Shown here piece after piece: positions 26,452-40,029 of a stretch of 64,000 nucleotides of DNA (position 1 is the first letter of the stretch; the number at the start of each line of letters is the position of its first letter). This DNA comes from Octopus vulgaris (taxonomy: Eukaryota): NCBI GenBank assembly GCA_951406725.2, contig OX597817.1, positions 73,842,001 to 73,906,000 of the forward strand, written 5' to 3'. The notes beneath the pieces are model-generated. The model searched no databases and was not told the origin of the DNA. It saw only the letters and a program-made list of their open reading frames with translations. The position numbers and the translations under genes are program-made.

Positions 26452-26665
26452 AAGGGGCTAAACACAGAGAGGACAAACAAGGACAGAAAAACGGATTGAG
26501 TCGACTATATCGACCGCAGTGCTTAAGTGGTACTTAATTTATCGACCCCGAAAGGATGAAAGGCAAAGTCGACCTCGGCGGAATTTGAACTCAGGACGTA
26601 ACGGCAGACGAAATACCACTAAGCATTTCGCCCGGCGTGCTAACGATTCTGCCAGCTCACCGCCT
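26452..26665 (-). mobile_element. Family A SINE
   Basis: Near-consensus match to 6797-7030. Confidence 0.9.
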
Positions 26666-27590
26666 TGTCTCTTAAATAATGAAATTTCATGTACTCGTAA
26701 AGAAACCTCTTTCGAAATTGGTGGAAATAGTTTCTTGCTGCTGCCCGCTTTTTAAAAAATAGTGGTTGGCTGGCGGATATAGTTCAGGCAGGAACAAATT
26801 TGACCATGCATTGGTTTACTCGATAATGGTTGAACTGGAGTTAAAGAACAAAAAAATTTTAAAATAAAAATAACAGCAACATGAGAACACCAAAAAAACA
26901 ACTATACCATCCATAATGAAACGAAAACAAAATCAAAGATAAAATAATATTCTCATCGAAACAACAACAATAACACCAACAAGAACATTACCAACAACAA
27001 CAACACAACGGAAAATTACAAAGCAGCAAATTAAATAAAAAAAAAAGGGAGAGAACAACTATTCAACAAACGGACCAAAAGACGTGACCTTCTTGGAGGC
27101 TTAGAGTCCGTTATAAAAACACTTTGTTTTTAATTTATTAAGTCTGTTGTGAGTTTCTATTGGCTTTTATAACTTTACTTTGACATCTATAGCTATATTT
27201 GACTTGAGCATCTCCAATTTTATACATTTATTTCTGTGTTTTCATTAGTGGCTTCATTTATTGTTTCTCATATTTTATCAATTTTTATCGCTTTCATTTT
27301 ACTGTCATGTTCATTCGTATTTATACACGAATACTATACATAAGGAAATACTGAATATAATCTCTGTGTGTATACATATATAGATACACATATATCCACA
27401 TATATGCATACATACATTCATACATACACACATACTTGTATGTTAAACAAATACCTGAACATATACATGCACCTACCCACACACACACACACACATATAA
27501 TATATACAATATATATATATTATATGCAATATACACACATACATACATATATGTATATATATAAATATATAACACATACATACATATATG

Positions 27591-27679
<89 letters not shown>

Positions 27680-27814
27680 ATACATATACACATATATACA
27701 TTCGTGCATCTACACAAACACACGCGCACAAATATATGGTACTTTTTGTTCTGCTGACAACAGTTAATCCGTTTATTGTGTTAAAACCGTAAGAAAATCA
27801 ATCACTTTTTTGTG

Positions 27815-27826
27815 CTATTGTTGTTG

Positions 27827-27911
<85 letters not shown>

Positions 27912-27983
27912 TATCATCATTATCATCATCATCATCATTATTATTATCATTATTATTATTATTATCATTATTATTATTATTAA

Positions 27984-28063
<80 letters not shown>
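27815..28063. repeat. Compound (TTA)n/(TCA)n trinucleotide repeat
   Basis: Directly visible. Confidence 0.97.
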
Positions 28064-28065
<2 letters not shown>

Positions 28066-30393
28066 AGGGCAGTGCATATCCTTTTAACTGCTTTGGTGTA
28101 CATCAGCAGTATGTGGGATTTTACGTATATGTATATGTTTCTATATTTGTGCATAAATGGGTATATATAATATATATATATAATATGTATATATGCGTTT
28201 ATATATATGTGTATATATATATATATACTTATATTTGTATATATGTGTGAGTGTGTGTGCATATGTGTGTATATATATATGTGTGTCTGTATATACATAT
28301 AGACAGAGAGAGAGAGACAGACAGAGAGAGACAGAGGGAGCTATAATATATATGTGCGACATTATAGTATACATATATATACGTAAGTATAAATATATAC
28401 ATATTCATAAACACACATTTATATGTACATTCGTAGAAATGTATTTAAATATATATTCATATACATATGCATAGCATATGTATAAATATATGTGCATTCA
28501 TATATTATATATGCATACATACACACTTTTGTATATACTCACATGCTTAAACTAACATAAAAACTTAAACAGAAACTGCATCTACAATATATAAATAAAT
28601 AACAACAACAATAGTGATAATATTATTTTCCCTCGGTTTTAACACAATAAACGGATTAAACGCTGTCAGTGGAAGCAAAAATATAAAGACTATTGTGTTA
28701 GTCATTGTCAGTCTCTGCCATATTACAGTGTACATCCACCATTCTATGTAAATGCTTCAAGATTAGGTACCTCTTTTTTTCCCTAGTTGTGTTTGCTTGA
28801 GTTGTAGCTTCCTTGAGTCACACGTTCCTGTATAGTATACTGTTCATAATTTATAGTATTTTCCTGAATCATAGCATTTCCCTAAATCGGTTGCCGTGTC
28901 AGTATTATCGACCGAGGAGCAATGAAAGACATGGGTCGAATATGCAGGAAGACAGCATAGAGAATAATGACGAGTGTTCATTCAAATCGTCCCCTACGAA
29001 TGAGTGAATAATCTGAATTAAATGTATTGTGTTCATCATTCTACAGCCAAGCATGTGTGCGTCTGTGTGTCTTTGTCCCTGTGTGTGTATGCGTTTGCTT
29101 GTGTGTGATATAGTCCCATAATTTAAAGTATAAATTTACTATATGCGTCTATAACATTTTTGTAATTTTGTAACATCAAAAATTTGTTTCTTAATCTCAT
29201 TGATAATCGTATATATGCAGACACATATATGCATATATATGTACACACACACACATATTCACACAAAAATATATACAATTATAAGTATATCTATAATCAC
29301 ACACGACACTTGTAGATATATGTGTGTGTGTGTATGATATATATATATTTACACACGCACCTCATGTGCTGTTGTAGTTTTGCCTAAAACACTTCGGAAA
29401 ATGTTAAGAACCAATGTGGTATAGGTTATGAAATATCAATAATATCAATAACAAAAATATTGAAACCCTTGCCTTGGAAATATTTAATTTAATCCTGATA
29501 TTTCCAGTAAAATGTTCATTTCGAAAACGCTTAGAGAACAAGAGAGAAATACATTCGGGCAGTAGTCAAAATACAACATACAAAAAGATACGGAATTTGG
29601 AAATATGGATTGTGTCAATGGGTCGTGGCCTATGTACGATGAACTCTGTCAGGTATTGTCATATTGTTGAGATGTGGCTATAACAGCCTCTCAGGTCTAA
29701 ATCGATTGAAGCTAGTTAGTGGCCGTTGGTTTTTGTTTTTTTAATTATATCACAATGGGTTCTTTATTTTCCAAGTTACTGATTTGGGTGTTTACAGAAT
29801 TGTTGATGACCGCGATGTACTTGATCCTGTATTTGTGTATGCTAAATTGTTTTTTGAATGATGGTGTACTTGGAAATGTTCATTGCTTTTGATACGTAGT
29901 CGTAAAATGTTCTACACTTGGGTTATTGTGTATGGTAAGCAACCTATTTTGTGGGTGGTACAGTTGACAAGCGCATATAAATTTCTACATTCGAGGAGTC
30001 ATTTCTTTTTTGGGTCTTGTGTGGGCAAATTGACTACCAAAGCCTTTCCTACAGCTGGTCTTTCAAAGAGCAATTATTGCACATTGACGTTACTTGATAA
30101 CTAAAGAAAAACCTTAAGCATAAGAGTTCTACGACAATTAGCAACGTAGATTTAAAACCATGACAATTAGTTATCTATTTATAGTAAACATTTTTTTTAG
30201 AAAAATTATGTTTATTATATAATATATGGAAAGCAGTTAAGAATTGGAATATTTGTGTCTTTCGAAATTTGTGTCAACATTTTGTTGTGAAACCTCCATT
30301 AAAATTTAATAAAATTGATCTAGAAGTAAATATATAATACATTTCTTCAAAGAAAAGATCGCATGTAGAATTGCCAGTATTGTACAATGGTGC

Positions 30394-30468
<75 letters not shown>

Positions 30469-30539
30469 TAAATACACACACACACGCATATATACATGCA
30501 TACATGCGTATGTATATATGTATATATTCTTTTCTATTG

Positions 30540-30742
30540 TAGGCATAAGGCCCAAAATTTGGGGGGAGGGGGCCTGTCGATTAGATCGACCTCAGTATGC
30601 AACTGGTACTTAATTTATCGATTCCGAAAGGATGAAAGGCAAAGTCGACCTCGGCGGAATTTAAACTCAGAACGTAAAGACAGACGAAATACCGCTAAGC
30701 ATTTCGCCCGGCGTGCTAACGTTTCTACCAGCTCGCTGCCTT
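30540..30742 (-). mobile_element. Family A SINE
   Basis: Near-consensus head and core with the alternative tail ccccaaattttgggccttatgcct. Confidence 0.9.
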
Positions 30743-31225
30743 ATATGTATATATTATAGATACAATAGCGAATTATTGGTAACCATTCTGAGGATAGATA
30801 TGAAGAAGGCCGGAGAGATGGCAGCAGCTTGATAAAAGATAAGCCAAACATCTTTTTCCTGACATAATACTAACAGTAGCTTGTTGCAAATGAGATAGTG
30901 TAGTGTATATAACACACATGACTGAGAGAGAGAGAGAGAAAGAGAGAGAAGGAAAGAAAAAAAGAAAGAGAGGGAGAGAAAGACTACGAGACAGATTGAC
31001 AAATTCTAAACAATAGCATAACCCCAAATTTAATCAATGAGTATTTCTCCAAAACATCTCTTCATAACAATCCACCCTAAAACCTAATTTCCACTCCTCT
31101 CAAATCTATATACCCAAGGAAGATTTTAACTCAACAGAGATTATGTAAAGGCAAGACTAACTTAATGCATCGCAGTTCGACGAAACTTCGAGGTCATTGC
31201 CAACAACATTCTTGTTTAAGTATTG

Positions 31226-31257
<32 letters not shown>

Positions 31258-32228
31258 TATAATAGAAAAATTATACAAAATGTATAAATAGATGCGTATG
31301 TATATATGCATATGCATTATGTATATCCATATATATATGTATAACGTTCAAATATATGTATAAATATACAGATATGCACACTCACGCACACGCACGCACA
31401 CGCGCACACACACACACATACACACACACACACAAATACACACAAACATATAAACAAACACACATACACACGCGCAGCAAGACCGTCGGCATTTCGTCGC
31501 CACGTTTGCTTATCTTCTGCGTTCTTTTTTCCTCAGAAAGGTCATTATCTTTTCATTAAAATAAAATTCAATAGTTTAAAAATAAGCTTATTTATATTAA
31601 CTTTATTTTCAATTAAATAGCAAAATAAAATTATGTTTCGTAGGTTAATATGTAAACAAAGCAACGTAACTGACGCCTAAGCGACATGAAGCTATTACAT
31701 TAAACCTCATTTTTGCTTTGTATCTATTCTTACAAAAATTCAGTTAAGCAACATATCGTCAGAATAAATGGTTGACTATATCTATTCCAACGCTATGTTG
31801 TTCTGAATTCAAACTTTGACGATGTCACAGGGTTAAGAAAACAACCAATAATTAAAATATAAAAGTGGATTAAATCGATAGTTCTCCCTCCCTGTTAATA
31901 ATATGATCTATGTTCATATGTGCAGACACAGAGACCAAATGAACCTTTTAAAACTAACTGGATGTGATTGGTTTGGGCAGAAGTAACGTCAGAGCATTTG
32001 CGTACGCGCTTTGGAACTGAATCTAGTCATCACTGAATGGGAGTTGTTTTGACACAACATCCACTAAATCAAGGATCGGTATGAAGCTGCTGTCTTCATG
32101 TAGCTATTGTTTCTACTTTCTGACGACCCAGAGACCTGGCTCTTAAAACTTCATAAACTTAATTTATCGATAAAAAATATGACAAAAAACACACGAAGAT
32201 TTACTGAGAAAATTTATTTTAATCAGAA

Positions 32229-32264
<36 letters not shown>

Positions 32265-32462
32265 ATCCCAAAATGTATATAGTTAATCCAAACATGAACA
32301 AAGAGAAAACACAACAATGCGAGGACGCACAGGATAGGAAAGAAAGAAGGAAGATTTGATGTATTGAGCGGAGCTCTTCGTCAGAAACATAAAAAAAGGA
32401 AAGGTCCAAGGAAGGGAAGACGGAGAAAGAAAATCAATAACGATACACATGCGGTCAATATA

Positions 32463-32522
<60 letters not shown>

Positions 32523-32529
32523 CTTCAAA

Positions 32530-32720
32530 TTGCAATGCCAGCAATTTCTGGGGAGAGGATTAATCGATTACATCATCCCCAGCCTCCAGCTGTTACTTAT
32601 TTTATCGATCTCTAAAAGGATGAAAGGCAAAGTCGACTACGGCATAACTCAGAAGTGAAGACGGTTAAAATGCTGCTAAGACGGTTAAATGCAGCGCGTT
32701 ACTGATTGTGCGAACCCACT
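32530..32720 (-). mobile_element. Family A SINE, diverged
   Basis: tcgattacatc...ttttatcgat...ggatgaaaggcaaagtcgac. Confidence 0.7.
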
Positions 32721-32975
32721 GCGTTATAAGTAATACATATATTAATATGTATGCATGTATATCCCTGTGTAACTGCAATCAAATTTGCTAAAATCAGTTA
32801 AACAAATTATGTGTGCACGTGTATGTGTCTATATGTCTGTATATGTTAAAGTAAGGCTATTATTTTACTCTTAGTTTTGATATAACAAACGTACATTTAC
32901 TGACAGAGCGATTCAATTGTAAGAGTGTAGTTAAATTTATTATAAAGTTTGAATTGTTTGCGACTACAAAACTAC

Positions 32976-33030
<55 letters not shown>

Positions 33031-33043
33031 GAAACATATGGTA

Positions 33044-33472
33044 TAATTATAAACGGGGCAAATCTTTAGCCATTTTCCTGCAGTCTGAAGAACCTTGTTG
33101 CGTTCTCATCAGTTGCGTTTACATCATTCTGACAGTCTCCAGAGAAACAAGCAACTAAAATGTTTATATATTCAACAAATGCAGCAGTCACTATATGAAG
33201 GAGTCCCTAATTTGCATACCGAACGTGTTTAACACTATAAATACCAGCGGCCTGTCAATGGCGGCCTTAGTCCACACAGTATCAAGGCACGATTTAATAA
33301 ATATGTAAGGTGGATTAATTATAAACAGGGCAAATTTTTAGCCATTTCTCCGCAGACTAAAAGAAGAATGAACAACTTTAATCGATTTTCGAACTTTATT
33401 GGGTTCTCATTCTCCAGAGAAACAAGCGGCCAAACTGTTTATTTACTCAACAAATACAGCAGTTACTCTATG
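33044..33472 (-). repeat. Diverged direct repeats (period 272 bp), each with part of a hammerhead; pLTR/retrozyme-like
   Basis: 33044-33197 vs 33316-33472. Copy 1: CTGATGA gaac..gttc. Copy 2: ATGA gaac..gttc GAAA atcgat TA. Confidence 0.7.
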
Positions 33473-33544
33473 TATGTATGCATGCATGTATGTATGTATG
33501 TATGTATGTATGTATGTATGTATGTATGTATGTATGTATGTATG

Positions 33545-33583
<39 letters not shown>

Positions 33584-33713
33584 TCTATTCTATCCATTGA
33601 AAATCGATGTTGTTTAACTTAATCTCAGCTCTGAGAAGACCAATTATCAGAGGTGTTTGGGTAGTATCAATTTCATTATACTTTTAGACACAATGTATCT
33701 AAATTACATTACT

Positions 33714-34124
33714 ATTTTACTCTTTTACTTGTTTCAGTCATTTGACTGCGGCCATGCTGGAGCACCGCCCTTAGTCGAGCAAATCGAGCCCAGGACTTAT
33801 TCTTTGTAAGTCTAGTACTTATTCTATCGGTCTCTTTTGCCGAACCACTAGGTTACGAGGACGTAAACTCACCAGCATCGGTTGTCAAACGATGTTGGGG
33901 GACAAACACAGACACACAAACATATACGCACACACACACACACATATATATACATATATACGACAGGCTTCTTTCAGTTTCCGTCTACCAAATCCACTCA
34001 CAGGGCTTTGGTCCGCCCGAGGCTATAGTAGAAGACACTTGCCCATGGTGCCACGCAGTGGAATTGAACCCAGAACCATGTGGCTGGTAAGCAAGCTACT
34101 TACCACACAGCCACTCCTGCGCCT
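33714..34124 (-). mobile_element. Full-length family B SINE (CORE-like, internal microsatellite)
   Basis: Head aggcgcaggagtggctgtgtggtaag, B box gttcaattcc, ccatgggcaagtgtcttc, tail gactgaaacaagtaaaaga. Confidence 0.92.
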
Positions 34125-34494
34125 ATCAATAACTCTCTTTTCAACCCGACAAGATGTGATTTGATAGACATTTGATGGCAATTTTTGCAGGTCAAGTGCT
34201 CACGTTAACACCCTTGGCTCGTACAAAATTCAGTAAAAGCAATAAACCAGTTTTAGCACGAAGCCAATGTTAACAAATCGGTAGTGTTTGCTTTTTCTAA
34301 GACAAAACTATAAACAATTTGGGATATTGTCAGCAGCGAAAACACGTTATTCCCAATTATCAAAGACCTGCAAACTGTGTAACACAGAAGTTATCACAAA
34401 CTTGTACGACAGCAACCTTAATAAACGGTGCTTGCCAATCATATCAAGTGAAGAGAAAAATAAATGTTTCTTAAACAATTGTACAGATACTCAC

Positions 34495-34571
34495 CTGCCG
34501 TCCGTTCCCCACCCAGAAAAAAAAATACAACAGCAAAAGACACGTACGGACCACCCTAATATCCTTGCCAT
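34495..34571 (-). CDS. Candidate first coding exon encoding a signal-peptide-like sequence
   Basis: tttccATGG start, MARILGWSVRVFCCCIFFSGWGTDG, consensus donor CAG|GTGAGT (phase 2), within ~500 bp of non-repeat sequence. Confidence 0.4.
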
Positions 34572-35036
34572 GGAAACACTTTCAGGAAGTCCGAACGAAG
34601 TAATGTTATAGCTTTATCCGATGGAAGAACCCGTGCTTAAGTGAGAGGACTTTAGTTATAGTGTCATCAACGCGCTGCAAAAGGTTGCGATACCTGACGA
34701 TGACGATATTATATAGTCACTTACCACTGAAGTATGGACCGCGCTTCTTGTGAAAGTCTTACCAATTTTTCTCCTTATTTGGTTATCTACGCAGAGTCCC
34801 TTGAACAAACAACTCCTTCATTTTAGTTCGTTGAATATACAAAACAAGGGAAAGAAAAACAGCCAATTGAAGACATGCTAACTGCATCTGCGATTTCCAT
34901 CCAGAAGTTTTGCTTACTTTTGTCTACATATTTGCTGAGAGAACATTGGTTGTTCTATCATTCGTCTGATGTTAGGAAACTAATGAAATTCAGTTATGAA
35001 TATAATTTCTACTCTACAACCATATACTGACTATAC

Positions 35037-35083
<47 letters not shown>

Positions 35084-35435
35084 CACACACACATATGTGG
35101 ATGTATATAAATATGTAAATATACTTAATTGGTTTCACTATTCGACTGCAGCCCTGCTGGAACAGTACCAGCAAATAAAATATTGTGTGTGTATGTGTGT
35201 ATGTTAGCAAGTGACTGGATGTGTGTGTGTATGCCTGTGTTTGTATGTGGAGGTCCTAAGGGGATGTATGTAAGTACAAATGTTTATGTGTGTATACATA
35301 CCATGCATTTATATATGAATTGGCACGGGATGATTTCTCAGTAACAACACGTAGATATTATATAGACATATATACATATATATAAATACACACACATATA
35401 TATATGCATATATATGTAGATATTATACAGACATA

Positions 35436-35508
<73 letters not shown>

Positions 35509-35754
35509 GTGTGTATCAGATAGAGAGAGAGAAGCGTAAAATATGCTTGCATACACACATACAAACACACATTATAGACTCACATCGGCATGCGATAAAG
35601 AAAACAATCAGATATGTGTGCATACATGTACACATATTCACATACATACAGCCATAACTATATACGCATAGAAGTACATATATACATTCACATTCACAAA
35701 TATATACACACATAAATGCATTCATACACATACATTGATAAGTAGACGGACAGG

Positions 35755-35776
35755 CTTACTGACTGACTGACTGACG

Positions 35777-35856
<80 letters not shown>
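35755..35856. repeat. (CTGA)n-(GATA)n microsatellite
   Basis: Directly visible. Confidence 0.95.
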
Positions 35857-35858
<2 letters not shown>

Positions 35859-36340
35859 CAAGTACAAATACATAGTTACAAGCTTACGTGTACGCTACAC
35901 AAATGCATACTTTGCTACACATACGTGCAAGTATAGTCATATATGCATACAGTTTACATAGCTTTAGAATATATTGTGATTAGTTTAGCTGTTAACAGGA
36001 AATAGTTTATGCTAATTTCTTCAGTTAAGGCGATTTTCTGGCAAGAATTGGTTGAATATTGTCTGCAGGAATTAGATATTTTCACTCAGCGTAGAAGATT
36101 GTCCATCTGATATTGTAATAAGACAAAGACAAAAAGTAAATGAATAAATACAGATAAAAAATTATATATGAAAAAAGAAAATCTTATTCTAGTTGGTTAG
36201 TTGATGACGATAGCAGATTTTCGTTTCGTATACAAAGAATTTTGCAAGAAATAGTTCTGAAATGGCTTGCGAGACAGTAGAAAAATCAGAATTGGCACGG
36301 GATGATTTCTCAGTAACAACATAAACAATATCGGACTCTA

Positions 36341-36487
36341 CCTGCATGGGCAACGTTTTTCGAGAAGCGGGCTGCATGGGACATGATTCATCACCAAGCG
36401 AGGCACACTGCTAAGCAAATTTCAAAGTAACTTTTCGTTAGACGTGTCATTCAGAAAATCCCGCAGGCCGCAGTTTGCCAATGAGTG
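36341..36487. mobile_element. Possible hAT-type MITE relic
   Basis: Imperfect inverted ends gcatgggcaac / tttgccaatga, with gcgggctgca and cccgcaggccgca subterminal motifs typical of hAT/Charlie MITEs. Confidence 0.4.
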
Positions 36488-37760
36488 CTGTACACTGTAG
36501 TAGTTATAGAATTGCTGGAGTGAAGTAAAATACCTATGCATCCACAATACAAATGCGGTATAGTTTTCTGCTTTAATATTCTGGGTTCAAATATCGATAG
36601 CGTTGACTGCTTCTCATATCTTCCTAGCTGTTATTGTTTATCTCTAGCGATAGTTCGAAACAAGAATTCAAGCCATTGCCATTGCTCGTATCCTCTCTTC
36701 ACTTTGGTGGTGTGGGGTGAGAGTGGGCCACATTGTGTATCCAGATATATATTATCCGGTGCGTTTTTTTCATGTTTGGGAGTTATTTGAGAAATATTTG
36801 GCTGCGATTTCTAACAGGTCCAACGACCAAGTAGGGAGTTCATTTACTCTGACTCAGTTAATAGACTAAGTACGTATGATGTACTGAACTCAATGCAGTC
36901 CATTATGACTCCAACACCTATAAATCTGTACATTGTTATTTAGCAGCGAGTGCCTAAGAGAACATGAGTGCGAAGAGGTTTCAATTCCAGGTAGAAGTCG
37001 CTATCAATTCACTTTATGAAACTAATGCTCTTCAAAGATGCATGGAATTATGAGGGCAATATAATCTACTATACCCCACTCCAAAATTTCGACCTTGAGT
37101 ATACTTTAGAAATCAGTATTTCAGGTAGAATGACTGAGAGTCACTGTACCTATCAACTCGTCACGACTCCAGTTAGAATTTTTTTCAGAATTGTTCCAAC
37201 ATTATTTCAGTTTCAAATGTTTTCCAGTTTTACGACGATCAATCCCAGATTTACAAACCCCATGTTGTTTGCATGACTGGAGAAATGATGGAAAGATTTG
37301 ATATAAAAATAGTAGAGGTTGCAGAATACAATAAATTCTCAAATGACGACATTTTGAATAACGAAAAACCCAAGCTAACGGCGTATGAAAATTATCTTAC
37401 ATAACGAAAGCTATGAGCTTTATTTATTTTCGCTAGTTTTATATCCGCTGTCACCATGTGTAAAGTGAACACCATGCAGACATGTGAAACGTTTGGTGCT
37501 GTATTTTAAACAGTTTTTTATCCTTTTCTAGTTGTACCAGTGGAAATTCTACGCTTACTTTGAAAGCCATAAGATCTATGGAAGTTTATAGAGAATCACA
37601 AAATGCATAAATTTCGTTTGATGTTGTATATTTTCTGCAACAAATTATTTTTAAGATGGTGTAAAAGTTCACATGGGTTGTATTGAAGTTTCAGTCTCAG
37701 GAGTGAACATCTTTGAAAGCTATATTCTCTGTTATATTATACATCATATAACTCATCACA

Positions 37761-39230
37761 ATGCCTAAAGTTACTTAGAAGAATGAGAAGGAAAAAATAC
37801 TTAGTAGAATGTTAAAACCTGTTAATAAAATTGTTGTCAATAAGAAAATAAAACAAGACATAAATAGAAGTATGTTATTGACAGAATATATTATCGGATC
37901 ACTGATTTTATACGATATAAGAACACACAACATTTTATAACCTGTTCTGAGACTAACAATATAAACAAACAGGAGAATCTCTGAAGTACGTAAAATTTTA
38001 GGTAAAATATTGTGCGAATGTTTGTTTGTTTTTTTTCAACTCAAGCGATCGAAATGTTTGGCTACATCTTGGTTTATAATTTTTTTTTAAAATTTCAACG
38101 ACAAAATGAATTTGAAGATTTTAGTTGTTTCCTCGGTTCGTTTGTTGTCGAGATTTAGTATACACAGTGGATTATGAATATTGGAAATTTCTAGAAAACA
38201 ACGACAAACAGGCATAGAAGTGGCTATATCGAAGTACACGACATTTGATATACTTGTTAAGAAACACTATGACACCAAAGAAACTGGGCTTTACTGGAAA
38301 TATTTTACCAACAAAACATTGTCAGATACCAATGAAACAAGTTCTAGTTGTTCAAGCTTAATAAATAACGACTGACAGTTCTTAAATGAGTGAACACATG
38401 TGGTTTACAAAGGATAGAACTTTTAGTGGCTGATTATTTCATCATCCTAGATCCTTGAAAGGAATAAGTCGTAAAAAATGCATACCTAAATAAAGGACTT
38501 TTTAACGACTGGTTTACTGACAAATTTATGGTAGCAGTTCGATTTAATTTATGTGATATAGGTATGCCTTCAGACATTAATTGCTTCTTATTCTACAATA
38601 ATTTCATCGTCACGAATCTAAATTCGTTTCAGGTTGTGGAAATAGTTTTTCATTATTTACCACCCAACGTCACTTCTCTGTGACCATAGAAATAATTATG
38701 AAAAATCAATTAATCAACAGCGATGTGTCTGTCCCTGACTTTTAATATCAATTTACATTTAAGGATGCGCTCTTTGCAGCTTCTATTGCATTGATTCATT
38801 TAAATCTGTCAGTTTATTGCAGAAAATGTTGGTTTATTTTCATGTCTGACAATTTAATGATGATGATGAAGATGAAGGGGATTTTGATAATTTTCAACGT
38901 TAGACAGAGCACTAAAGAAATAATGCAGACAGTCCAAACAGCATCCATTGAAAATCATAGTCTCGAGGGAAAAGGTATCGGTGACTGGGTTGCAGTTGAC
39001 AACGATATTGAATTAATACAAATATTTTCAGATCAGTTTATCGACAGTGTGGTTAATACCGAAAATCATTGATGGACATGAAACATGTTGATGGAGACGA
39101 TATTTGTTGATGGACTCGAAACAAAAAACAGCGACATTGGGAAATTAATAAAGAAATTTATTGAAGACAGTGCATTGACGATAAAACACGAAAGTAGAGG
39201 AACTTAAAGAAAAGTTTTTTCAATATTTTT
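37761..39230 (+). mobile_element. Degraded pogo/Tigger (CENP-B/DDE_1) transposase
   Basis: In order: HTH-like KIVVNKKIKQDINRSMLLTEYIIGS..YDIR, YDTKETGLYWK (DETG), NAYLNKGLFNDWF, YLPPNVTSL, GDWVAVDNDIE. Many stops. Confidence 0.75.
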
Positions 39231-40029
39231 TAATACAAATATGTTTTTCATTTATTTGAAAAATGTTATTTTAACTTTGAAATGCTTTTTTTTTTATCTT
39301 TTACTTCATTACAGTTTAATTACCATATAATAAACAGGTATTCGTTATTTGGTACTCATGGTGTTAGATAATGCCGTGAAAAGGCTTACTGTACGTTTAG
39401 CAGCTACTAAAGTGGTGTTAACTATATTGTATAACAGTCTCCTATTTACTGTATCCCACGTAATTTAGGTGATACAGGTATGCCTTTAGACTCTGAATGC
39501 GTTTTATTCATTGATAACTATAAATTCACATTAGATAGTATAACTAAAATGCTTCCTAGACAACGGAAAATTCACAATAAGGATATCATAAAGACTCAAC
39601 GTTGCTGTTATTTGGGAAGCTTATTTATTGTGCATTGGTTGGCTCCTGGTGAACCAAAGTATGCAGTCTGTATTGGGGTGTAACCAATTAATATTGTTGA
39701 GTAAATCATGAACACCACACAAGATCATGATGAACACACACACACACACACTCACTCACACAGGTATTAGTATATTTGAACTTTGAACTTTTAACGCTTC
39801 AAACTTATTATTCCAGTGCTTCTCCTGCTTTTGGGAACACCTACCTCTCACTTCAGTCTGCTGATACTGAAAGTTGATGCCATGCTCCAAAAATAAAATG
39901 TGTTTTTCAAAACAAAATATGAAGATTTTCGTAACAAACTTGAGCTCTAAAGGAACGAGAAACGAAAAGGCTAATAGGCCCTATGCGATTTAGTTTACAT
40001 AAACAAATGTTGTATTACAAAATTTCAGC

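Noticed and set aside
27802-28087. Poly-N/D and poly-L/S ORFs
   Set aside because: Pure trinucleotide repeat with no splice or coding context.
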